This document shows positions 1-11,600 of a stretch of DNA of 64,000 nt, piece by piece. Numbering within the stretch: position 1 is the first letter of the stretch; each line of letters begins with the position of its first letter. This DNA comes from Auanema rhodensis (Eukaryota; Animalia; Nematoda). The position numbers and the translations under genes were made by a program. The stretch lies in assembly GCA_964057225.1 (NCBI GenBank), contig OZ059899.1, positions 18,600,001-18,664,000 on the forward strand, written 5' to 3'. The notes beneath the pieces are model-generated. The model did not search any database. It worked only from the letters and a program-made list of their open reading frames with translations, and had not been told where the DNA came from.

Positions 1-134
1 TTGACAAAAATTTTTCCGAAAAATTTCAAAATAATTTCGCAAAAAGGAGATGTTTTTAGATTCCTTTTCTCAAGGCAAAGACGATGGACAAAGTTATTCA
101 ACGAAAAAATTAATTCTGCAGGGTGAAAATCGAG

Positions 135-156
135 GATATAAGTGTGAACTTATATC
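135..156. other. Perfect 9-bp inverted repeat GATATAAGT-GTGA-ACTTATATC (recurs in each monomer, some with stem variants)
   Basis: 135-143 is the reverse complement of 148-156, with a 4-nt loop. Confidence 0.95.
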
Positions 157-166
157 AGTTGATATC

Positions 167-233
167 TCGGTGCATTTTTAAGCTAGCGCAAATCTGATAA
201 CACAGATCGACGCAGCTTAAAAATCCGCATCGA
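167..233. other. ~67-nt imperfect inverted repeat / potential long hairpin (each monomer)
   Basis: Pairings: TCGGTGC 167-173 with GCATCGA 227-233 (one G.T); ATTTTTAAGCT 174-184 with AGCTTAAAAAT 214-224 (perfect); GCG with CGC; ATCTG 192-196 with CAGAT 203-207; loop ATAACA. Confidence 0.9.
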
Positions 234-307
234 ATGCACTATACAACATTGAGAAACGCTTAATACAAAAATTAGTTAAGATCGTTTGAAAAAAGATGCA
301 TTAGTGT

Positions 308-335
308 ATGTTGAGTTTCCATGTACACTCAACAT
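308..335. other. Perfect 9-bp inverted repeat ATGTTGAGT-N10-ACTCAACAT (each monomer)
   Basis: 308-316 is the reverse complement of 327-335. Confidence 0.95.
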
Positions 336-342
336 TGCTTCC

Positions 343-408
343 AAAAACATTTTGACAAAAATTTTTCCAAAAAATTTCAAAATAATTTCGCAAAAAGTAA
401 ATGTTTTT
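343..408. other. A-tract/T-tract block with nested short palindromes, bounded by AAAAACAT / ATGTTTTT
   Basis: Alternating A4-5 and T3-5 runs at ~9-14 bp spacing. Consensus copies contain AAATTTTTC-C-GAAAAATTT and CAAAAT-A-ATTTTG. Confidence 0.85.
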
Positions 409-986
409 AGATTCCGTTTTTCAAGGCAAAGACGATACACAATGTTATTCAACAAAAAAATTAATTCTGCAGAATGAAAATCGAGGATATAAGTGTGAAC
501 TTATATCAGTTGATATCTCGGTGCATTTTTAAGCTAGCGCAAATCTGATAACACAGATCGACGCAGCTTAAAAATCCGCATCGAATGCACTATACAACAT
601 TGAGAAACGCTTAATACAAAAATTAGTTATGATCGTTTGAAAAATGATGCATTAGTGTATGTTGAGTTTCCATGTACACTCAACATTGCTTCCAAAAACA
701 TTTTGACAAAATTTTTCCGAAAAATTTCAAAATAATTTTGCAAAAAGTAGATGTTTTTAGATTCCTTTTTTCAAGGCAAAGACGATGGACAATGTTATTC
801 AACGAAAGAATTAATTCTCCAGGGTGAAAATCGAGGATGTAAGTGTGAACTTATATCAGTTGATATCTCGGTGCATTTTTAAGCTAGCGCAAATCTGATA
901 ACACAGATCGACGCAGCTTAAAAATCCGCATCGAATGCACTATACAACATTGAGAAACGCTTAATACAAAAATTAGTTATGATCGT

Positions 987-1337
987 TTGAAAAATGATGC
1001 ATTAGTGTATGTTGAGTTTCCATGTACACTCAACATTGCTTCCAAAAACATTTTGACAAAAATTTTTCCGAAAAATTTCAAAATAATTTCGCAAAAAGGA
1101 GATGTTTTTAGATTCCTTTTTTCAAGGCAAAGACGATGGACAAAGTTATTCAACGAAAAAATTAATTCTGCAGGGTGAAAATCGAGGATATAAGTGTGAA
1201 CTTATATCAGTTGATATCTCGGTGCATTTTTAAGCTAGCGCAAATCTGATAACACAGATCGACGCAGCTTAAAAATCCGCAGCGAATGCACTATACAACA
1301 GTGAGAAACGCTTAATACAAAAATTAGTTATGATCGT
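987..1337 (+). repeat. Representative 351-bp monomer (arbitrary phase TTGAAAAATGATGC...TTAGTTATGATCGT)
   Basis: The next copy starts at 1338 with the same sequence. Confidence 0.97.
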
Positions 1338-4300
1338 TTGAAAAATGATGCATTAGTGTATGTTGAGTTTCCATGTACACTCAACATTGCTTTCAAAAAC
1401 ATTTTGACAAAAATTTTTCCGAAAAATTTCAAAATAATTTTGCAAAAAGTAGATGTTTTTAGATTCCTTTTTTCAAGGCAAAGACGATGGACAATGTTAT
1501 TCAACGAAAAAATTAATTCTGCAGGGTGAAAATCGAGGATATAAGTGTGAACTTATATCAGTTGATATCTCGGTGCATTTTTAAGCTAGCGCAAATCTGA
1601 TAACACAGATCGACGCAGCTTAAAAATCCGCATCGAATGCACTATACAACAGTGAGAAACGCTTAATACAAAAATTAGTTATGATCGTTTGAAAAATGAT
1701 GCATTAGTGTATGTTGAGTTTCCATGTACACTCAACATTGCTTTCAAAAACATTTTGACAAAAATTTTTCCGAAAAATTTCAAAATAATTTTGCAAAAAG
1801 TAGATGTTTTTAGATTCCTTTTTTCAAGGCAAAGACGATGGACAATGTTATTCAACAAAAAAATTAATTCTCCAGGGTGAAAATCGAGGATGTAAGTGTG
1901 AACTTATATCAGTTGATATCTCGGTGCATTTTTAAGCTAGCGCAAATCTGATAACACAGATCGACGCAGCTTAAAATTCCGCATCGAATGCACTATACAA
2001 CATTGAGAAACGCTTAATACAAAAATTAGTTATGATCGTTTGAAAAATGATGCATTAGTGTATGTTGAGTTTCCATGTACACTCAACATTGCTTCCAAAA
2101 ACATTTTTACAAAAATTTTTATGGAAAATTTCGAAACAATTTCGCAAAAAGTAGATGTTTTTAGATTCCTTTTTTCAAGGCAAAGACGATGGACAATGTT
2201 ATTCAACGAAAAAATTAATTCTGCAGGGTGAAAATCGAGGATATAAGTGTGAACTTATATCAGTTGATATCTCGGTGCATTTTTAAGCTAGCGCAAATCT
2301 GATAACACAGATCGACGCAGCTTAAAAATCCGCATCGAATGCACTATACTACATTGAAAAACGCTTAATACAAAAATTAGTTATGATCGTTTGAAAAAAG
2401 ATGCATTAGTGTATGTTGAGTTTCCATGTATACTCAACATTGCTTCCAAAAACATTTTGACAAAAATTTTTCCGAAAAATTTCAAAATAATTTCGCAAAA
2501 AGGAGATGTTTTTAGATTCCTTTTTTCAAGGCAAAGACGATGGACAAAGTTATTCAACGAAAAAATTAATTCTGCAGGGTGAAAATCGAGGATATAAGTG
2601 TGAACTTATATCAGTTGATATCTCGGTGCATTTTTAAGCTAGCGCAAATCTGATAACACAGATCGACGCAGCTTAAAAATCCGCATCGAATGCACTATAC
2701 AACAGTAAGAAACGCTTAATACAAAAATTAGTTATGATCGTTTGAAAAATGATGCATTAGTGTATGTTGAGTTTCCATGTACACTCAACATTGCTTCCAA
2801 AAACATTTTGACAAAAATTTTTCCGAAAAATTTCAAAATAATTTTGCAAAAAGTAGATGTTTTTAGATTCCTTTTTTCAAGGCAAAGACGATGGACAATG
2901 TTATTCAACGAAAAAATTGATTCTCCAGGGTGAAAATCGAGGATGTAATTGTGAACTTATATCAGTTGATATCTCGGTGCATTTTTAAGCTAGCGCAAAT
3001 CTGATAACACAGATCGACGCAGCTTAAAAATCCGCATCGAATGCACTATACAACATTGAGAAACGCTTAATACAAAAATTAGTTATGATCGTTTGAAAAA
3101 TGATGCATTAGTGTATGTTGAGTTTCCATGTACACTCAACATTGCTTTCAAAAACATTTTGACAAAAATTTTTCCGAAAAATTTCAAAATAATTTTGCAA
3201 AAAGTAGATGTTTTTAGATTCCTTTTTTCAAGGCAAAGACGATGGACAATGTTATTCAACGAAAAAATTAATTCTGCAGGGTGAAAATCGAGGATATAAG
3301 TGTGAACTTATATCAGTTGATATCTCGGTGCATTTTTAAGCTAGCGCAAATCTGATAACATAGATCGACGCAGCTTAAAAATCCGCATCGAATGCACTAT
3401 ACAACATTGAGAAACGCTTAATACAAAAATTAGTTATGATCGTTTGAAAAATGATGCATTAGTGTATGTTGAGTTTCCATGTACACTCAACATTGCTTCC
3501 AAAAACATTTTTACAAAAATTTTTCCGGAAAATTTCGAAACAATTTCGCAAAAAGTAGATGTTTTTAGATTCCTTTTTTCAAGGCAAAGACGATGGACAA
3601 TGTTATTCAACAAAAAAATTAATTCTCCAGGGTGAAAATCGAGGATGTAAGTGTGAACTTATATCAGTTGATATCTCGGTGCATTTTTAAGCTAGCGCAA
3701 ATCTGATAACACAGATCGACGCAGCTTAAAATTCCGCATCGAATGCACTATACAACATTGAGAAACGCTTAATACAAAAATTAGTTATGATCGTTTGAAA
3801 AATGATGCATTAGTGTATGTTGAGTTTCCATGTACACTCAACATTGCTTCCAAAAACATTTTTACAAAAATTTTTCCGGAAAATTTCGAAACAATTTCGC
3901 AAAAAGTAGATGTTTTTAGATTCCTTTTTTCAAGGCAAAGACGATGGACAATGTTATTCAACGAAAAAATTAATTCTGCAGGGTGAAAATCGAGGATATA
4001 AGTGTGAACTTATATCAGTTGATATCTCGGTGCATTTTTAAGCTAGCGCAAATCTGATAACACAGATCGACGCAGCTTGAAAATCCGCATCGAATGCACT
4101 ATACTACATTGAAAAACGCTTAATACAAAAATTAGTTATGATCGTTTGAAAAAAGATGCATTAGTGTATGTTGAGTTTCCATGTATACTCAACATTGCTT
4201 CCAAAAACATTTTGACAAAAATTTTTTCGAAAAATTTCAAAATAATTTTGCAAAAAGTAGATGTTTTTAGATTCCTTTTTTCAAGGCAAAGACGATGGAC

Positions 4301-7300
4301 AATGTTATTCAACGAAAAAATTAATTCTCCAGGGTGAAAATCGAGGATGTAATTGTGAACTTATATCAGTTGATATCTCGGTGCATTTTTAAGCTAGCGC
4401 AAATCTGATAACACAGATCGACGCAGCTTAAAAATCCGCATCGAATGCACTATACAACATTGAGAAACGCTTATTACAAATATTAGTTATGATCGTTTGA
4501 AAAATGATGCATTAGTGTATGTTGAGTTTCCATGTACACTCAACATTGCTTTCAAAAACATTTTGACAAAAATTTTTCCGAAAAATTTCAAAATAATTTT
4601 GCAAAAAGTAGATGTTTTTAGATTCCTTTTTTCAAGGCAAAGACGATGGACAATGTTATTCAACGAAAAAATTAATTCTGCAGGGTGAAAATCGAGGATA
4701 TAAGTGTGAACTTATATCAGTTGATATCTCGGTGCATTTTTAAGCTAGCGCAAATCTGATAACACAGATCGACGCAGCTTAAAAATCCGCATCGAATGCA
4801 CTATACAACATTGAGAAACGCTTAATACAAAAATTAGTTATGATCGTTTGAAAAATGATGCATTAGTGTATGTTGAGTTTCCATGTACACTCAACATTGC
4901 TTCCAAAAACATTTTTACAAAAATTTTTCCGGAAAATTTCGAAACAATTTCGCAAAAAGTAGATGTTTTTAGATTCCTTTTTTCAAGGCAAAGACGATGG
5001 ACAATGTTATTCAACAAAAAAATTAATTCTCCAGGGTGAAAATCGAGGATGTAAGTGTGAACTTATATCAGTTGATATCTCGGTGCATTTTTAAGCTAGC
5101 GCAAATCTGATAACACAGATCGACGCAGCTTAAAATTCCGCATCGAATGCACTATACAACATTGAGAAACGCTTAATACAAAAATTAGTTATGATCGTTT
5201 GAAAAATGATGCATTAGTGTATGTTGAGTTTCCATGTACACTCAACATTGCTTCCAAAAACATTTTTACAAAAATTTTTCCGGAAAATTTCGAAACAATT
5301 TCGCAAAAAGTAGATGTTTTTAGATTCCTTTTTTCAAGGCAAAGACGATGGACAATGTTATTCAACAAAAAAATTAATTCTCCAGGGTGAAAATCGAGGA
5401 TGTAAGTGTGAACTTATATCAGTTGATATCTCGGTGCATTTTTAAGCTAGCGCAAATCTGATAACACAGATCGACGCAGCTTAAAATTCCGCATCGAATG
5501 CACTATACAACATTGAGAAACGCTTAATACAAAAATTAGTTATGATCGTTTGAAAAATGATGCATTAGTGTATGTTGAGTTTCCATGTACACTCAACATT
5601 GCTTCCAAAAACATTTTTACAAAAATTTTTCCGGAAAATTTCGAAACAATTTCGCAAAAAGTAGATGTTTTTAGATTCCTTTTTTCAAGGCAAAGACGAT
5701 GGACAATGTTATTCAACGAAAAAATTAATTCTGCAGGGTGAAAATCGAGGATATAAGTGTGAACTTATATCAGTTGATATCTCGGTGCATTTTTAAGCTA
5801 GCGCAAATCTGATAACACAGATCGACGCAGCTTAAAAATCCGCATCGAATGCACTATACTACATTGAAAAACGCTTAATACAAAAATTAGTTATGATCGT
5901 TTGAAAAAAGATGCATTAGTGTATGTTGAGTTTCCATGTATACTCAACATTGCTTCCAAAAACATTTTGACAAAAATTTTTCCGAAAAATTTCAAAATAA
6001 TTTCGCAAAAAGGAGATGTTTTTAGATTCCTTTTTTCAAGGCAAAGACGATGGACAAAGTTATTCAACGAAAAAATTAATTCTGCAGGGTGAAAATCGAG
6101 GATATAAGTGTGAACTTATATCAGTTGATATCTCGGTGCATTTTTAAGCTAGCGCAAATCTGATAACACAGATCGACGCAGCTTAAAAATCCGCATCGAA
6201 TGCACTATACAACAGTGAGAAACGCTTAATATAAAAATTAGTTATGATCGTTTGAAAAATGATGCATTAGTGTATGTTGAGTTTCCATGTACACTCAACA
6301 TTGCTTCCAAAAACATTTTGACAAAAATTTTTCCGAAAAATTTCAAAATAATTTTGCAAAAAGTAGATGTTTTTAGATTCCTTTTTTCAAGGCAAAGACG
6401 ATGGACAATGTTATTCAACGAAAAAATTAATTCTCCAGGGTGAAAATCGAGGATGTAATTGTGAACTTATATCAGTTGATATCTCGGTGCATTTTTAAGC
6501 TAGCGCAAATCTGATAACACAGATCGACGCAGCTTAAAAATCCGCATCGAATGCACTATACAACATTGAGAAACGCTTAATACAAAAATTAGTTATGATC
6601 GTTTGAAAAATGATGCATTAGTGTATGTTGAGTTTCCATGTACACTCAACATTGCTTTCAAAAACATTTTGACAAAAATTTTTCCGAAAAATTTCAAAAT
6701 AATTTTGCAAAAAGTAGATGTTTTTAGATTCCTTTTTTCAAGGCAAAGACGATGGACAATGTTATTCAACGAAAAAATTAATTCTGCAGGGTGAAAATCG
6801 AGGATATAAGTGTGAACTTATATCAGTTGATATCTCGGTGCATTTTTAAGCTAGCGCAAATCTGATAACACAGATCGACGCAGCTTAAAAATCCGCATCG
6901 AATGCACTATACAACATTGAGAAACGCTTAATACAAAAATTAGTTATGATCGTTTGAAAAATGATGCATTAGTGTATGTTGAGTTTCCATGTACACTCAA
7001 CATTGCTTCCAAAAACATTTTGACAAAAATTTTTCCGAAAAATTTCAAAATAATTTTGCAAAAAGTAGATGTTTTTAGATTCCTTTTTTCAAGGCAAAGA
7101 CGATGGACAATGTTATTCAACGAAAAAATTAATTCTCCAGGGTGAAAATCGAGGATGTAATTGTGAACTTATATCAGTTGATATCTCGGTGCATTTTTAA
7201 GCTAGCGCAAATCTGATAACACAGATCGACGCAGCTTAAAAATCCGCATCGAATGCACTATACAACATTGAGAAACGCTTAATACAAAAATTAGTTATGA

Positions 7301-8630
7301 TCGTTTGAAAAATGATGCATTAGTGTATGTTGAGTTTCCATGTACACTCAACATTGCTTTCAAAAACATTTTGACAAAAATTTTTCCGAAAAATTTCAAA
7401 ATAATTTTGCAAAAAGTAGATGTTTTTAGATTCCTTTTTTCAAGGCAAAGACGATGGACAATGTTATTCAACGAAAAAATTAATTCTGCAGGGTGAAAAT
7501 CGAGGATATAAGTGTGAACTTATATCAGTTGATATCTCGGTGCATTTTTAAGCTAGCGCAAATCTGATAACACAGATCGACGCAGCTTAAAAATCCGCAT
7601 CGAATGCACTATACAACATTGAGAAACGCTTAATACAAAAATTAGTTATGATCGTTTGAAAAATGATGCATTAGTGTATGTTGAGTTTCCATGTACACTC
7701 AACATTGCTTCCAAAAACATTTTTACAAAAATTTTTCCGGAAAATTTCGAAACAATTTCGCAAAAAGTAGATGTTTTTAGATTCCTTTTTTCAAGGCAAA
7801 GACGATGGACAATGTTATTCAACAAAAAAATTAATTCTCCAGGGTGAAAATCGAGGATGTAAGTGTGAACTTATATCAGTTGATATCTCGGTGCATTTTT
7901 AAGCTAGCGCAAATCTGATAACACAGATCGACGCAGCTTAAAATTCCGCATCGAATGCACTATACAACATTGAGAAACGCTTAATACAAAAATTAGTTAT
8001 GATCGTTTGAAAAATGATGCATTAGTGTATGTTGAGTTTCCATGTACACTCAACATTGCTTCCAAAAACATTTTTACAAAAATTTTTCCGGAAAATTTCG
8101 AAACAATTTCGCAAAAAGTAGATGTTTTTAGATTCCTTTTTTCAAGGCAAAGACGATGGACAATGTTATTCAACGAAAAAATTAATTCTGCAGGGTGAAA
8201 ATCGAGGATATAAGTGTGAACTTATATCAGTTGATATCTCGGTGCATTTTTAAGCTAGCGCAAATCTGATAACACAGATCGACGCAGCTTGAAAATCCGC
8301 ATCGAATGCACTATACTACATTGAAAAACGCTTAATACAAAAATTAGTTATGATCGTTTGAAAAAAGATGCATTAGTGTATGTTGAGTTTCCATGTATAC
8401 TCAACATTGCTTCCAAAAACATTTTGACAAAAATTTTTTCGAAAAATTTCAAAATAATTTTGCAAAAAGTAGATGTTTTTAGATTCCTTTTTTCAAGGCA
8501 AAGACGATGGACAATGTTATTCAACGAAAAAATTAATTCTCCAGGGTGAAAATCGAGGATGTAATTGTGAACTTATATCAGTTGATATCTCGGTGCATTT
8601 TTAAGCTAGCGCAAATCTGATAACACAGAT
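987..8630 (+). repeat. Subfamily domain A (left part): irregular 4-/5-mer higher-order repeat
   Basis: Diagnostic variants gctttcaaaa, ccatgtatactc, aaaggagatg, ttaaaattccg, acattgaaaaacg, gatgtaattgtg and aacagtgag recur in a fixed order. Confidence 0.8.
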
Positions 8631-11600
8631 CGACGCAGCGTAAAAATCCGCATCGAATGCACTATACAACATTGAGAAACGCTTAATACAAAAATTAGTT
8701 ATGATCGTTTGAAAAATGATGCATTAGTGTATGTTGAGTTTCCATGTACACTCAACATTGCTTCCAAAAACATTTTTACAAAAATTTTTCCGAAAATTTT
8801 CGAAACAATTTCGCAAAAAGTAGATGTTTTTAGATTCCTTTTTTCAAGGCAAAGACGATGGACAATGTTATTCAACGAAAAAATTAATTCTGCAGGGTGA
8901 AAATCGAGGATATAAGTGTGAACTTATATCAGTTGATATCTCGGTGCATTTTTAAGCTAGCGCAAATCTGATAACACAGATCGACGCAGCTTAAAAATCC
9001 GCATCGAATGCACTATACAACATTGAGAAACGCTTAATACAAAAATTAGTTATGATCGTTTGAAAAATGATGCATTAGTGTATGTTGAGTTTCCATGTAC
9101 ACTCAACATTGCTTCCAAAAACATTTTGACAAAAATTTTTCCGGAAAATTTCGAAACAATTTCGCAAAAAGTAGATGTTTTTAGATTCCTTTTTCCAAGG
9201 CAAAGACGATGGACAATGTTATTCAACGAAAAAATTAATTCTCCAGGGTGAAAATCGAGGATGCAAGTGTGAACTTATATCAGTTGATATCTCGGTGCAT
9301 TTTTAAGCTAGCGCAAATCTGATAACACAGATCGACGCAGCGTAAAAATCCGCATCGAATGCACTATACAACATTGAGAAACGCTTAATACAAAAATTAG
9401 TTATGATCGTTTGAAAAATGATGCATTAGTGTATGTTGAGTTTCCATGTACACTCAACATTGCTTCCAAAAACATTTTTACAAAAATTTTTCCGAAAATT
9501 TTCGAAACAATTTCGCAAAAAGTAGATGTTTTTAGATTCCTTTTTTCAAGGCAAAGACGATGGACAATGTTATTCAACAAAAAAATTAATTCTCCAGGGT
9601 GAAAATCGAGGATGTAAGTGTGAACTTATATCAGTTGATATCTCGGTGCATTTTTAAGCTAGCGCAAATCTGATAACACAGATCGACGCAGCTTAAAATT
9701 CCGCATCGAATGCACTATACAACATTGAGAAACGCTTAATACAAAAATTAGTTATGATCGTTTGAAAAATGATGCATTAGTGTATGTTGAGTTTCCATGT
9801 ACACTCAACATTGCTTCCAAAAACATTTTGACAAAAATTTTTCCGGAAAATTTCGAAACAATTTCGCAAAAAGTAGATGTTTTTAGATTCCTTTTTCCAA
9901 GGCAAAGACGATGGACAATGTTATTCAACGAAAAAATTAATTCTCCAGGGTGAAAATCGAGGATGCAAGTGTGAACTTATATCAGTTGATATCTCGGTGC
10001 ATTTTCAAGCTAGCGCAAATCTGATAACACAGATCGACGCAGCTTAAAAATCCGCATCGAATGCACTATACAACATTGAGAAACGCTTAATACAAAAATT
10101 AGTTATGATCGTTTGAAAAATGATGCATTAGTGTATGTTGAGTTTCCATGTACACTCAACATTGCTTCCAAAAACATTTTGACAAAAATTTTCCCTAAAA
10201 ATTTCAAAATAATTTCACAAAAAGTAGATTTTTTTAGATTCCTTTTTCCAAGGCAAAGACGATGGACAATGTTATTCAACGAAAAAATTAATTCTGCAGG
10301 GTGAAAATCGAGGATATAAGTGTGAACTTATATCAGTTGATATCTCGGTGCATTTTTAAGCTAGCGCAAATCTGATAACACAGATCGACGCAGCTTAAAA
10401 ATCCGCATCGAATGCACTATACAACATTGAGAAACGCTTAATACAAAAATTAGTTATGATCGTTTGAAAAATGATGCATTAGTGTATGTTGAGTTTCCAT
10501 GTACACTCAACATTGCTTCCAAAAACATTTTGACAAAAATTTTTCCGAAAAATTTCAAAATAATTTTGCAAAAAGTAGATGTTTTTAGATTCCTTTTTTC
10601 AAGGCAAAGACGATGGACAATGTTATTCAACGAAAAAATTAATTCTCCAGGGTGAAAATCGAGGATGTAAGTGTGAACTTATATCAGTTGATATCTCGGT
10701 GCATTTTTAAGCTAGCGCAAATCTGATAACACAGATCGACGCAGCGTAAAAATCCGCATCGAATGCACTATACAACATTGAGAAACGCTTAATACAAAAA
10801 TTAGTTATGATCGTTTGAAAAATGATGCATTAGTGTATGTTGAGTTTCCATGTACACTCAACATTGCTTCCAAAAACATTTTGACAAAAATTTTTCCGGA
10901 AAATTTCGAAACAATTTCGCAAAAAGTAGATGTTTTTAGATTCCTTTTTCCAAGGCAAAGACGATGGACAATGTTATTCAACGAAAAAATTAATTCTCCA
11001 GGGTGAAAATCGAGGATGCAAGTGTGAACTTATATCAGTTGATATCTCGGTGCATTTTCAAGCTAGCGCAAATCTGATAACACAGATCGACGCAGCTTAA
11101 AAATCCGCATCGAATGCACTATACAACATTGAGAAACGCTTAATACAAAAATTAGTTATGATCGTTTGAAAAATGATGCATTAGTGTATGTTGAGTTTCC
11201 ATGTACACTCAACATTGCTTCCAAAAACATTTTTACAAAAATTTTTCCGGAAAATTTCGAAACAATTTTGCAAAAAGTAGATGTTTTTAGATTCCTTTTT
11301 CCAAGGCAAAGACGATGGACAATGTTATTCAACGAAAAAATTAATTCTGCAGGGTGAAAATCGAGGATATAAGTGTGAACTTATATCAGTTGATATCTCG
11401 GTGCATTTTTAAGCTAGCGCAAATCTGATAACACAGATCGACGCAGCTTAAAAATCCGCATCGAATGCACTATACAACATTGAGAAACGCTTAATACAAA
11501 AATTAGTTATGATCGTTTGAAAAATGATGCATTAGTGTATGTTGAGTTTCCATGTACACTCAACATTGCTTCCAAAAACATTTTGACAAAAATTTTTCCG

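Noticed and set aside
174-224. Compensatory evolution of the long hairpin
   Set aside because: Common arm variants (aaggtagc, gcagcgta, aaaattcc, aaaaagcc, ttttcaag) create mismatches without partner changes in the same monomer, so there is no support for selection on this stem.
194-256. Hammerhead ribozyme / retrozyme-type satellite (CTGATAA ... GAAA)
   Set aside because: The core would need CUGANGA, and here G8 is A without a compensating U3. No stem II closes onto the downstream GAAA. The minus-strand CTGATAT also fails. An Infernal/Rfam search would be the definitive test.
1-351. 5S rRNA, tRNA, SL RNA or snRNA tandem gene array
   Set aside because: No recognisable 5S, tRNA cloverleaf/B-box or spliced-leader sequence was found on either strand. 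AATTTTTG Sm-like matches are expected by chance in A/T tracts.
1-351. Assignment to a named satellite (e.g. Drosophila 359-bp or tenebrionid ~350-360-bp families), or an internal 2 x 175-bp dimer
   Set aside because: Only length and AT-richness are similar, I cannot recognise sequence identity without a database search, and no similarity between the monomer halves was visible.
3534-3550. CENP-B box
   Set aside because: TTCG is present, but the required TTCG-N4-A-N2-CGGG is not; no CGGG/CCCG occurs in the consensus.
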